The notes under the pieces were generated by a model. That model was not told the origin of the DNA and made no database searches. It saw only the letters and a program-made list of their open reading frames with translations. Of a stretch of 64,000 bases of DNA, positions 1 through 8,546 are shown in pieces. The DNA comes from a virus (taxonomy: Duplodnaviria; Heunggongvirae; Uroviricota; Caudoviricetes). The stretch is taken from positions 64,001 through 128,000 of IMG/VR virus record IMGVR_UViG_3300046519_000060; one strand, given 5' to 3'. Each line of letters opens with the position of its first letter. Positions within the stretch are counted from its first letter, which is position 1. Position numbers and translations under genes: made by a program.

Positions 1-1
1 C

Positions 2-2047
2 CTTGATGACGTGACCATCATCAACTTGGTGATGGACTACAAGATCGCCAACGTGCCTGTACTGTTCAGCAAGTCATCGGCATCGATCCAGTCGGGCGTG
101 GCGAATCGGTACAAGTCGGAAAAGACGCAACTCTTGAAGCTGGCTGCACAGTACAACAGCGCAGCGCAAATTGCCTCGACCTCGGCAGAGAAGGATGCGG
201 TCATTCCGCCGAAGCCGGTGACGGCTATCCCGGCGAACCCGGACATCCCGAATGCGGTGTCGCAAGTGTTCCAATCGAACACGGCCACGACTGCTGCGTT
301 CAACCCGAAAACTGATTCTGACAACCGAAATCTTTTGGCTGCAACATCGACCGGTTTCAGTGACCCGGATGGTATCTACCCGTTGAAGGACTACGACAAC
401 GAACCGGATACGAACAAGCTGGCGCGTGGTATCTCGGAAGGCACGGCAGCAGAGTACAAGTCCCTGAATCGTGCAACGGGAATTCGCACGGCGGATGGTG
501 ACACGTTCGACCAACCATTGAATCCGTTCAATGCGCAGTATCCTTACAACAAGGTGTTCCAGACGGAATCGGGCCATGTGGTTGAATATGACGACACGCC
601 CGGTGCAGAACGTATCAACGTTTATCACACGTCAGGAACGTTTACGGAAATCGATGCCGTCGGCAATATGGTGCGCCGCGTCGTCGGTTCGGATTACCAA
701 ATTACAGACGGGAACGGTTATGTCCGCGTGGAAGGTCGTTGTCATATCAGTGTTGGCGGTAGTGCTAATATCACTGTCGCAGCGGATGCAAATATCGAAG
801 TCGATGGAGATACGTTCCTCACAGTCGGAAACGATCTTGTTGCAGAGGCCGGTGGACGGGTTCAGATAAGTGCAGCGGAAGCGATGGACCTTCGTGCGCC
901 GAACATCTACATCGAAGCGGATGAAGAATTGCACCTGACGGCTGGTTCGAAGATCAATGTGCAGTCGCAAGGTCCGATTAATGCGAAGTCGGCAACGGGT
1001 ACTTACGTCGATGCAGGGAACAATTTCGATGTGAAGGTTGGTGCGGACTTCAACCTGAATGCGGGTGGTCATGGCAACATCGAGACGACTGGCGATGCCA
1101 ACGTGAAGGCGGGTGGTAGTGCGAAGGTGTTTGGTAGCTCGTCGGCGCACTTGAAGTCGGATGGATCAACGAACCTCGATGGTGGGTCGATGAACATTCA
1201 AGCTGGTGCATCGGTTCAGGCCGATGGTTCGCAACCGGTGGAAGCGGAAGATGCTGAGTTTTCCGAAGCAGGGCTGCTTGATGGTCGGATCAACTATTCG
1301 GAAGATGTCTTTGATGACGACTTCCCGATCATTGCATCCGACCGTACAGCACTGGCCGTGGAAACCCCGGAAGAAGCCTCTAACGGCGGCACAGACACGA
1401 TCCGTGCGGCACTGGTGGATTCGGGTGTAGCAACGGCAGCGGAACTCGCCAAAGACCCGGTAGCGCAGTCTGATGTACCGGTCGTCACGTTGCCGACCAT
1501 CGCAACACCGGTTCTGAATTCGAAGTCGGACCCGAAGCAGATTGCCTACATCAAAACGTTGTCGAACATCCCGATTGGATTCAAGTTGACGCCGAACTTC
1601 ACCTTGGGTCAGTTGTCAGCCAATGCTCCCGCGCAACGTGATCGAGTAAGGGCGCAATGTAACCTGACAGAAGGTGAGATTGTTGCCAACCTGTATGAAG
1701 TTGCGGTGAACATCCTCGAACCGATCAAGGCAGCTTACCCGAACATGTTTGTGACCAGTGCTTTCCGAGACTTCTCACATAACACGGTGAAGTCTGTAAG
1801 TCAGCACTGTTTGGGTTTGGCAGTGGACATGCAGTTCAGTGGTGTAGCTAAATCGGACTACTACGACTTGGCGAACAAGTTGAAGGCATTGCTACCGACC
1901 TATGACCAATTCCTGTTGGAATACAAGACGTTCGGTAGTGGTAATCCGTGGATTCATGTGAGTTTCAATTCGAAAGGAAATCGCGGACAAGTGCTTACCA
2001 TGTTCAACAACAAGACACATGGAACTGGTCTGATTAAGTTGGCCTGA
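2..2047 (+). CDS. gp5: Baseplate hub/spike protein gp5 (5' end outside window) with C-terminal peptidase M15-like domain
   Basis: YPYNKVFQTESGHVVEYDDTPGAERINVYHTSGTF is the T4 gp5 signature, followed by beta-helix repeats. The C-terminus has SAFR...SQHCLGLAVD...WIHVSF (M15 Zn motifs). The frame is open to the window start. Confidence 0.9.
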   Translation, partial: LDDVTIINLVMDYKIANVPVLFSKSSASIQSGVANRYKSEKTQLLKLAAQYNSAAQIASTSAEKDAVIPPKPVTAIPANPDIPNAVSQVFQSNTATTAAFNPKTDSDNRNLLAATSTGFSDPDGIYPLKDYDNEPDTNKLARGISEGTAAEYKSLNRATGIRTADGDTFDQPLNPFNAQYPYNKVFQTESGHVVEYDDTPGAERINVYHTSGTFTEIDAVGNMVRRVVGSDYQITDGNGYVRVEGRCHISVGGSANITVAADANIEVDGDTFLTVGNDLVAEAGGRVQISAAEAMDLRAPNIYIEADEELHLTAGSKINVQSQGPINAKSATGTYVDAGNNFDVKVGADFNLNAGGHGNIETTGDANVKAGGSAKVFGSSSAHLKSDGSTNLDGGSMNIQAGASVQADGSQPVEAEDAEFSEAGLLDGRINYSEDVFDDDFPIIASDRTALAVETPEEASNGGTDTIRAALVDSGVATAAELAKDPVAQSDVPVVTLPTIATPVLNSKSDPKQIAYIKTLSNIPIGFKLTPNFTLGQLSANAPAQRDRVRAQCNLTEGEIVANLYEVAVNILEPIKAAYPNMFVTSAFRDFSHNTVKSVSQHCLGLAVDMQFSGVAKSDYYDLANKLKALLPTYDQFLLEYKTFGSGNPWIHVSFNSKGNRGQVLTMFNNKTHGTGLIKLA

Positions 2048-2125
2048 AACCAGTGACCGCGAAGCGCGTCCGAAGGACGGAACATGAAGTCCCAAGTTCT
2101 CCTATTGTGAATAGTTGATTACTTG

Positions 2126-2217
2126 TGTTCCGCCTTCGGCGCTTCGCTTCGCTCAGTTGACTTGTTTTATTTTTAACTTGTGACTGACTAGTAATTTAAC
2201 AGTTTGGTAACAGTGAA
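2126..2217. repeat. Copy A of a ~90-nt dispersed non-coding element (copy B at 51658-51750)
   Basis: Aligns by eye with 51658-51750. Shared blocks: CTTCGCTTCGCTCAG, GTTTT(A/G)TTTTT, GACTAGTAA(T/G)TTAACAGTTT, AACAG(T/C)GAA. Confidence 0.8.
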
Positions 2218-2440
2218 CAGTCGCTTCGCGAAGGAAGAAACCCCTCCCCAGAAAGACCCATATGAAACATCTGAACGCAAAAGTAGACCACTCCTAAGTG
2301 ATGCCGCGTTCAGGCTGTTTAAAGACGGTTGCGCACATGTAGCTGGTGGTTTCGTCTCTCCGCGCCAAGGAAGGTATTGGTCGCTGCGGGTCTATTTTGT
2401 CACATGGTTTGGTTCCACGTTTGATGCCGATGGCGACTGT

Positions 2441-3136
2441 CTACACCATCGTTGTTCTGTATTTATGCACGTTCAGATAACGCCAGAAATGCAGTTCCTT
2501 AACGTCATCTAGTTTCTTGCCTATCACGCTTATATAGGTGCTTTGAAATCCTTCAAAGGTCGTTGGTCGAATTGATGGGTCGGCTCTATATGCTAGTGCC
2601 AACGACACATACGCCATGTCGCTTTTCGGTTCACCTATCTTCCTGATGCGTTTGTTAGCCCGCTGTATGAGACGTTTCTGGGCCTCGTCTACGACTACAG
2701 GTGGATTTGATGGCACTTCACCTGTAGTCGGCTTCGCAGACCGCAAGAATGCGTTGGTATCATCTTTCTTGCATCGTTTCTTGGTAGGTATGATGGGTTT
2801 GGCGTAGCTATCCTCAGTTCCCATACTATTGAACGCGAACGTCATGCTCTTGTTCGCATCCGTACCAACATCGAACATACCTGCCAGAAGCATATGAAGT
2901 TCATAGTGCTCTCGCGCAGTGATGTACACGATATTCGTGGACGTGTCTGATCCTCCAAGTGATCTTGGATGAATATGATGTCCATGTATAACCGATCCCA
3001 ACAGCTTGTCTTTGGCATCCTTCCTTGAACTACTCCGACTGGCATATTCCTTCACCAGTTCGAAGTAGCGGATGGACACCTTGGTTCTCTGGAAGCCATA
3101 GACTTCCATGAGACTCTTTAGGTGATTTGTTAGCAT
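2441..3136 (-). mobile_element. Free-standing HNH endonuclease-like protein
   Basis: HHIHPRSLGGSDTSTNIVYITAREHYELHMLL is typical of T4-family HNH (mob-like) homing endonucleases. Confidence 0.7.
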
Positions 3137-3549
3137 TACTTCTTTTTCTTTCCCGGTCGCTTCTTGTCCCGGTTCTCTACGTCACGGATCGTCTGTGCTT
3201 GTTCGGCGGCTTCTTCGGCACGGATAGCGGCGTAGATCGCCTTCATCGCGTCCGTCACGGTCTTACCTTCTTCACGCTGCGCAATCATGCGGTCGAACGC
3301 TTTGGCACGTTCCTCGAACGTCAGTTCTTGTGCCTTGGCCTTCAATACCTTCTCGGCTGGTCCCCACGTCTGATGCGACGAGATACAGACCGTGATTTCC
3401 ATTCCATCGTAATCCGAAGTATCGGTTGCGACCACGTTGAAAATGTTCCCACTCGATGCAAACCGCTTGCGGCTGTCACGGTACATGTTGTCTGTACCGG
3501 CGATGATGCTTCGCGCGGTTGCTGCTACTTCAATTCTCAAATCCCGCAT
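3136..3549 (-). CDS. Hypothetical early protein
   Basis: 137-aa ORF, start/stop coupled to neighbours in the minus-strand operon. Confidence 0.7.
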   Translation of the reverse strand: MRDLRIEVAATARSIIAGTDNMYRDSRKRFASSGNIFNVVATDTSDYDGMEITVCISSHQTWGPAEKVLKAKAQELTFEERAKAFDRMIAQREEGKTVTDAMKAIYAAIRAEEAAEQAQTIRDVENRDKKRPGKKKK

Positions 3550-3815
3550 CAGTACGTACCTCGGCTTACCGTCTTACGTTCGTAATAGTCATAACTGCCA
3601 CAATACACGCCCGTTCCCGAGTAGTATTCGGCCCAAAGTTCATCGTAGTACTCGACTGAATCTTCGAAGCAGTTGAAACAGCTAGTCAACCAGTTCGATT
3701 CTTCATGCGCATACATCGTGTTCATGTGGCGGCGCTGCACCGTGATGCAGGGCAAACCACAACACCCGCACCGAACAGGCCGGTAACGGGTCTTAGCGTG
3801 TTGTCTAACGTTCAA
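3549..3815 (-). CDS. Hypothetical Cys-rich (CGCC...CxxC) protein
   Basis: ORF 3549-3887. Likely start is the TTG at 3815 overlapping the upstream TGA. Confidence 0.55.
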   Translation of the reverse strand: MNVRQHAKTRYRPVRCGCCGLPCITVQRRHMNTMYAHEESNWLTSCFNCFEDSVEYYDELWAEYYSGTGVYCGSYDYYERKTVSRGTY

Positions 3816-4030
3816 CGGTCGTTCCAATAGGGACTGTATGACGAGACGGCTTTCGTGACCGTGCGGCCACAGCCGGGAAGCGGACATGACACAACGAGAT
3901 AGTCACCATCGCGCTGATCGCCTTGGTAGCTGGCTTCGCCTTGCTTGAACTTGAACATCGTGTGGCAATGCGAACACGATACGGTGTATTCCTTCTCGGA
4001 AGGAATTTGACCTTGCTTGATGATTTCCAT
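3812..4030 (-). CDS. Small zinc-ribbon phage protein
   Basis: CSHC...CPLPGC motif, coupled to neighbours. Confidence 0.7.
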   Translation of the reverse strand: MEIIKQGQIPSEKEYTVSCSHCHTMFKFKQGEASYQGDQRDGDYLVVSCPLPGCGRTVTKAVSSYSPYWNDR

Positions 4031-4182
4031 TACTTCTTTTTAGCTTCTCTTGTTTTCTTTTCACCTTCGAGCATCGCCCGAAGAAGTTCCAGTTCTGATG
4101 CAGCGGGACCAGTGAAGATGTGTCCCGCTTCGACCGCCTTGGCCGTCTCGATCAGATAGTCAAGGTACTGCGTTGCATTCAC
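4030..4182 (-). CDS. Hypothetical protein
   Basis: Probable GTG start (VNATQYLD) overlapping the upstream stop; start coordinate approximate. Confidence 0.5.
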   Translation of the reverse strand: MNATQYLDYLIETAKAVEAGHIFTGPAASELELLRAMLEGEKKTREAKKK

Positions 4183-4316
4183 TTGATGAATCCACATGCA
4201 CGGCTGGCCCAAAGCCATTCTTTGAAGTCAACTTCGTAGGGCTTGCGAAGTCGGCGGGACATATCGGCCTTATGGCGCATGTAGTCCAGAAACATTTCGG
4301 TGGTCGTCTGGTTCAC
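4179..4316 (-). CDS. Small hypothetical protein (~45 aa, not in ORF track)
   Basis: Manual translation VNQTTTEMFLDYMRHKADMSRRLRKPYEVDFKEWLWASRACGFIK*, overlapping both neighbours by a few nt. Confidence 0.5.
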   Translation of the reverse strand: MNQTTTEMFLDYMRHKADMSRRLRKPYEVDFKEWLWASRACGFIK

Positions 4317-4633
4317 AGTGGATTCCCGTTCTTGTTGACCGCGTAGGCGATTTCCTTCGGCGCATCTTCCTTGCGCACCCGGACATATTCTTTGACATCG
4401 ACCAAGTTCATCGATTCGGCCATACCGGGCGTGCTGTACATGCGTCGCTCGAATCCGCGTGGCGAATAACCGACGAAAAGCGTGTCCGATGGGTCGATAT
4501 GGATTTCCTTGTCGAATCGTGCGATAAGGGCGTCAAGACGTTCTAACGCCGTGCAAGCACGCATCGCAACGAAGTCAACCTTCGTATCCGTGAGGATGTC
4601 ACGGATTTCTTCCAGTTCTTTCCGATGGATCAT
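4313..4633 (-). CDS. Hypothetical protein
   Basis: 106-aa ORF in the coupled operon. Confidence 0.7.
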   Translation of the reverse strand: MIHRKELEEIRDILTDTKVDFVAMRACTALERLDALIARFDKEIHIDPSDTLFVGYSPRGFERRMYSTPGMAESMNLVDVKEYVRVRKEDAPKEIAYAVNKNGNPL

Positions 4634-4824
4634 GTGTTCTCGTTGTTGGGGTTGTGTTTGAGTGCGCGAAGAAACGCCTGTTTCAACGCACGACGAGCAT
4701 CAACACGTTCCTTGAAACTGCCTTCGCGTTGAGCGTATCCGTATTCTTCCAGAAGTCCTTCGAACTTCTGCAACGATTCGTATTCGTCGTGCGACAGGTC
4801 TTTCGTGGTGATTTCGTTGCTCAT
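4630..4824 (-). CDS. Hypothetical protein
   Basis: ATG at 4824 (MSNEITTK) with an upstream GGAG. Confidence 0.65.
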   Translation of the reverse strand: MSNEITTKDLSHDEYESLQKFEGLLEEYGYAQREGSFKERVDARRALKQAFLRALKHNPNNENT

Positions 4825-4828
4825 GCTT

Positions 4829-5071
4829 TTACTCCTGATCGTTAAGAATCGAGTCAATCATCAAGAATGCCTTGTTCTTCGCAGCTTTGAACGAAGTCGC
4901 GAAGTCGGGCGTGATTTCCAGAACGCCAACAGCCGTGCGGCACAGGTTGCCGGTGTACTTCACCGTGAAAATCTTGTCACGGCCACGCTCGATCCATGCA
5001 AGCGTCGTGCGCTTTTCATCTTCCACGGACCAGTCGTTGAGGCTTTGCTTGTGGACGGTCAATTTCGTCAT
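4829..5071 (-). CDS. Hypothetical protein
   Basis: ATG at 5071 with a GGAG RBS, directly downstream of the sigma70 promoter at 5101-5129. Confidence 0.65.
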   Translation of the reverse strand: MTKLTVHKQSLNDWSVEDEKRTTLAWIERGRDKIFTVKYTGNLCRTAVGVLEITPDFATSFKAAKNKAFLMIDSILNDQE

Positions 5072-5100
5072 GTGATGCGCTCCTGTAGTCAGTGAGAAGC

Positions 5101-5129
5101 ATTGTACCAAACCTGCTTCTCACTGTCAA
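5101..5129 (-). promoter_or_regulatory. sigma70-type early promoter
   Basis: Minus strand TTGACA-N17-TACAAT. Confidence 0.8.
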
Positions 5130-5146
5130 CTATTCCCAGACGTGTT

Positions 5147-5470
5147 TTAGAACTTCATGAACGTCTTGTTTGTGACCGTCTGTGCTGGACGATCCGCCGC
5201 ATCCTCATACACGAAGAAGGGCATGTCGTCAATCCACACGTCGATGCTGATGCCGACCGCGAACATGAAGTCCTTCTTGGCCTGACGGTTGGTGAAGTAG
5301 ATGTTATCCACCTTACCAGTCAGGTCGTGCATCACTTGTAGACCTTCTTCCGGGCTGCGCATCGTCACGCAGTAGACCTTGTGGCCCTTCTCGCGGAAGA
5401 AGGTCAGGAAGTGATCCCAAGCCTTCGGATCGCGCGTGTATGTGTTGTCATAGTCAAGACTGATGTTCAT
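5147..5470 (-). CDS. Small HAD-superfamily hydrolase
   Basis: N-terminal LDYDNT (DxDxT), VTMR, K, and WIDD motifs I-IV. Confidence 0.7.
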   Translation of the reverse strand: MNISLDYDNTYTRDPKAWDHFLTFFREKGHKVYCVTMRSPEEGLQVMHDLTGKVDNIYFTNRQAKKDFMFAVGISIDVWIDDMPFFVYEDAADRPAQTVTNKTFMKF

Positions 5471-5693
5471 TTCTTTTTCTCACAAGTTCGAACATTTCGA
5501 ACAGTTCCGATAGGCGCAAAGTGTAGGTACGCTTGCCGCCATTGATTTCTTTGAATTGGACTTCGAAATTATCTTTCAGGAAGTCGAACTCTTTGACGAG
5601 TGCATCCTTACGACGTTCTTCCCGCCATCGGTCACGAATCTCTTGTCTGGCAGCTTCTTTCATGTCCAGATAATCTTGGGATGGATCGCTCAC
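5454..5693 (-). CDS. Hypothetical protein
   Basis: 79-aa ORF in the operon. Confidence 0.65.
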   Translation of the reverse strand: MSDPSQDYLDMKEAARQEIRDRWREERRKDALVKEFDFLKDNFEVQFKEINGGKRTYTLRLSELFEMFELVRKRNEHQS

Positions 5694-5989
5694 AGACGCG
5701 TCCGCATTTCTTCAAGTGCCAGTTCGTCCTTGGCGTACTGTTCAGCGCGGGATTCAATCGGCCCGATGTCCTCGGACAGTTGGCTACGACCTATTCCCGT
5801 CCTCGGACAAAGTGCTTTGATGAATTGCTCTTGTGGAAGATCACCCGCTACTTTCACGAAAGCCGTAGCGACACGTTCTGCTACTTCTTCCAGCTTCTTG
5901 CCGAAGATGCGGTCATAGTTGTCACGGTAGGCGTCCGTGGTTCCCTTGGTGGCGATGCTGTCGCCTGTGATGTCGTTGCGTGCAGTCAT
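5690..5989 (-). CDS. Hypothetical phage protein (MTARNDITGD family)
   Basis: Likely ATG at 5989 inside track ORF 5690-6112. Confidence 0.6.
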   Translation of the reverse strand: MTARNDITGDSIATKGTTDAYRDNYDRIFGKKLEEVAERVATAFVKVAGDLPQEQFIKALCPRTGIGRSQLSEDIGPIESRAEQYAKDELALEEMRTRL

Positions 5990-6084
5990 GCGAAGTATTT
6001 CAGGTAGACGGCAATTGCCGTGGTGATGATTCCGGCGATGATGACGGTCGTCGGGTCCGGTGGAATGAATAGGGCAGTTCTCAC
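5986..6084 (-). CDS. 32-aa predicted single-TM peptide (not in ORF track)
   Basis: Manual translation MRTALFIPPDPTTVIIAGIITTAIAVYLKYFA*. The GTG start overlaps the upstream stop and the stop overlaps the next ATG. Confidence 0.45.
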   Translation of the reverse strand: MRTALFIPPDPTTVIIAGIITTAIAVYLKYFA

Positions 6085-6386
6085 AGCATGTCCTTCGGCC
6101 ATACGAAGCCATCGATTAGGTTTGCGATCTTTTGCTTGACCCATGTATCGTCAGCCACAGAGCGCAGTTCATGTTCCTTGGCGAACAGCGTCAAGCCGTC
6201 ACCAAACGTGACCCGATAGCACTTTTCCACGTACTCAGGGTAGCCATCCATCAGGTAGTGACCGTCCTCAACGATCCCGGCGATGATACATTCTTCGCCG
6301 TTATAGTCGAAGTTCGATTCCGTGTATGTCCAGTCCGGGTCGATATAGGCAACACACACGTCACCAAGTTTGTACTTTCGTGTCAT
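6081..6386 (-). CDS. Hypothetical protein
   Basis: 101-aa ORF, coupled to neighbours. Confidence 0.7.
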   Translation of the reverse strand: MTRKYKLGDVCVAYIDPDWTYTESNFDYNGEECIIAGIVEDGHYLMDGYPEYVEKCYRVTFGDGLTLFAKEHELRSVADDTWVKQKIANLIDGFVWPKDML

Positions 6387-6592
6387 TGCATTTCCAGTGC
6401 TTCGTAGACACGGAATTCGCCATCAGGGTACTTTTTCTGATAGTGGTCCTTGACGATGTGCGCTGCGGCCTTACTCTCGAAGGGTGAATCGTTGATGGAA
6501 TTCCATCCCCATACACCTTCATAGCCCTGAACGTCCCACCCGGCGTGATTGGTTGCCAACGGCAGACCATCTTCATCAAACTTAGTCTGCAT
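6383..6592 (-). CDS. Hypothetical protein
   Basis: ATG at 6592 (MQTKFDE) overlapping the upstream TAA. Confidence 0.65.
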   Translation of the reverse strand: MQTKFDEDGLPLATNHAGWDVQGYEGVWGWNSINDSPFESKAAAHIVKDHYQKKYPDGEFRVYEALEMQ

Positions 6593-6987
6593 TACTTTTC
6601 TTCTTCCTTTAGTTCGATACCCAGAAGCTTTGCTGCTGCGCGGATGTCCGCTTCGTCGGCTTCGCTGTGATACTTGTTCTGAATCGCCCGATGGAACTCG
6701 TTGTAGACTGCATCGCGCTTGCGATCTGCATTCCATTGATATTCGCTGACGACCAGTTGGCGTCGATACTGTGAATAGCCATCAGACTTCTCGTAGCCGG
6801 TGTCACGTTCAAACTGTGATTCGGTTCTCCAACGGTCCGAACTCTTGACCGTGACGTACTTACGGGCAACCTTCACGACCTCACACGGTTCGATTTCCTT
6901 CTTCTCGCTGTCGCGATAGCGGGTGATCGTCATGAACAGTCCGTCACCGACCTTTAGGTGATCGAACTTTCCCTGTTTCTTTTCCAC
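6592..6987 (-). CDS. Hypothetical protein (LKVGD...SH3-like beta barrel)
   Basis: Probable GTG start at 6987 within track ORF 6592-7032. Confidence 0.6.
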   Translation of the reverse strand: MEKKQGKFDHLKVGDGLFMTITRYRDSEKKEIEPCEVVKVARKYVTVKSSDRWRTESQFERDTGYEKSDGYSQYRRQLVVSEYQWNADRKRDAVYNEFHRAIQNKYHSEADEADIRAAAKLLGIELKEEEK

Positions 6988-7121
6988 TCTTTCTTCCTTT
7001 CTTCGCACTCGGCAGTGCAACAAATCCAACATTCGCAGTGATAGTCAGCTTCGCCGCGTTCCCATTTCATACGTGCCGCTTCTTGACGACACCATTCAGC
7101 TTCAAAGTCCAGAACGCTCAT
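6954..7121 (-). CDS. Small Cys/His-rich hypothetical protein
   Basis: ATG at 7121; HCECWICC motif. Confidence 0.5.
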   Translation of the reverse strand: MSVLDFEAEWCRQEAARMKWERGEADYHCECWICCTAECEERKKEWKRNRESSIT

Positions 7122-7353
7122 TCCATTCTTCTGCGCTGATGTCCAATACGAGACAACGAATCGAATCTGCGACTGCGCGGGCAGCTTCATCCGACAAGCG
7201 GATCATCTGTTCTTCGTTCCCAACGTTGTTCTTGTTGACGAACTTCAAGATGAAGTCGCCACATTCGGCAACCAACACTTGTACGGTACGGTTCTCGTCC
7301 AGTTCGGACCCGATGCCCTTAACGATTTGCAACGGTTCAGTATCTTTTGACAT
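7102..7353 (-). CDS. Hypothetical protein
   Basis: 83-aa ORF. Confidence 0.65.
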   Translation of the reverse strand: MSKDTEPLQIVKGIGSELDENRTVQVLVAECGDFILKFVNKNNVGNEEQMIRLSDEAARAVADSIRCLVLDISAEEWNERSGL

Positions 7354-7534
7354 AGACTTTCTTCCCGCACGGCGGGCATTTGATGTAGTGGTTGATGTCT
7401 ACGCAACCTGTGTAGTCGCGAGACTGTTCTTGGTAGATGTCATTGGGGACGTATTGTAACGTACTCCCACAATTGGGACAAACCTTTTCTTTCACCACAG
7501 ACGGGTGTGGTGTTGTTGATACGACAGTAACCAT
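7337..7534 (-). CDS. Small zinc-ribbon phage protein
   Basis: ATG at 7534; CPNC...CPPC motif, similar layout to 3812-4030. Confidence 0.65.
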   Translation of the reverse strand: MVTVVSTTPHPSVVKEKVCPNCGSTLQYVPNDIYQEQSRDYTGCVDINHYIKCPPCGKKVYVKRY

Positions 7535-8004
7535 TAGTGCCTCGTCGGTTCCTTGATGGTGCAGGGCGTGTAGTTCATCAGTTCGCCGGTCGATACGTCG
7601 ATTTGCACGACCGGGCGACCGTTCTTGGACTTCACCCACATGTTATCAGACTTGGGAATGAATGTGTTGAGACGAATCTGTTGGATGTCGTCACGCCACT
7701 CACTGAAAATCATCACCGCGAACCCGTTGTGCTTCACGAACACGTCTTGGTTCTGCAACAGCGCGTCACCGTGCTTCTCGAACACGTAGCTGAGAAGCTT
7801 GAACATGAATAGCCGGTCCTCGCGCTTGGCGAAGTCCCGATCCACCATCCGTTCGGGGAAATGCTTGGAGATAAACACGCGGGCGTGCTGGCCGGTCCCA
7901 CGTTTGAGAATTTCGTTCAGAATGCCCCCGGCAAAGCGGGAGTAGTCGCGCGCCAGTTCGTTGACCTTCGCACGCTTGACAAGTCCTTCGACTGTACAGG
8001 CCAT
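7534..8004 (-). CDS. Hypothetical protein, first gene of the early island
   Basis: 156-aa ORF with a GAGG RBS, downstream of the promoter at 8076-8104. Confidence 0.7.
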   Translation of the reverse strand: MACTVEGLVKRAKVNELARDYSRFAGGILNEILKRGTGQHARVFISKHFPERMVDRDFAKREDRLFMFKLLSYVFEKHGDALLQNQDVFVKHNGFAVMIFSEWRDDIQQIRLNTFIPKSDNMWVKSKNGRPVVQIDVSTGELMNYTPCTIKEPTRH

Positions 8005-8075
8005 TTTCTACATCCTCTAGTTTGTTTACATTTCTAGTCAGTGTTGGCGTGACACACATTCATCACGTTATGCAC

Positions 8076-8104
8076 ATCATATCAGGTCTGATGAGAGATT
8101 GCAA
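8076..8104 (-). promoter_or_regulatory. sigma70-type early promoter
   Basis: Minus strand TTGCAA-N17-TATGAT. Confidence 0.65.
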
Positions 8105-8182
8105 CAGGTTTGTACGTTTGCGCAACGCATCCCAACCTTGGTGCCTATCACATCCGAACCGAAATGTCAAGTACTAGGGACG

Positions 8183-8214
8183 AAAAAAAGACCCGGCACG
8201 GCCATGCGGGTCTT
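8183..8214 (-). terminator. Intrinsic terminator
   Basis: Minus strand AGACCCG-loop-CGGGTCT followed by a T run. Confidence 0.7.
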
Positions 8215-8237
8215 GTGAAGGTTACAGCTTGTTATGG

Positions 8238-8438
8238 TCAGGCATCGTTCCTGACTTCGGCCCCGCTACTACCCCGTAGACAATCAGCTTTGCTTCTGTG
8301 ACCTTCCGCCATGCTTCGGTGTAGACGCTCTATATGAATCTTCCCGTCACTGGCGGCTAAATCGGCAAATTCTTCGTGCATCTGGGCTGATTGTCGGTGG
8401 TTCTCAATTCGGCCCTCTCGCTTGCTGGCTACCGTCAT
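8238..8438 (-). CDS. Small His-rich hypothetical protein (66 aa)
   Basis: ATG at 8438 with a GGAG RBS; own terminator downstream. Confidence 0.55.
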   Translation of the reverse strand: MTVASKREGRIENHRQSAQMHEEFADLAASDGKIHIERLHRSMAEGHRSKADCLRGSSGAEVRNDA

Positions 8439-8513
8439 CCTGAACACTCCAATAAATATTACAGGAATACCACTCACTCGCACAGCAAGGAAAACATTAC
8501 CACTGCTGTATGA

Positions 8514-8533
8514 CTAAATACAAGCCCTAAATA
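8514..8533 (+). promoter_or_regulatory. Tandem T4-type late promoters
   Basis: CTAAATA at 8514-8520 and 8527-8533, upstream of gp25. Confidence 0.75.
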
Positions 8534-8546
8534 TTGGATCGACCAC

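Noticed and set aside
2204-2512. 102-aa plus-strand ORF over the non-coding element
   Set aside because: TTG start without an RBS, overlaps the HNH gene antisense, atypical composition.
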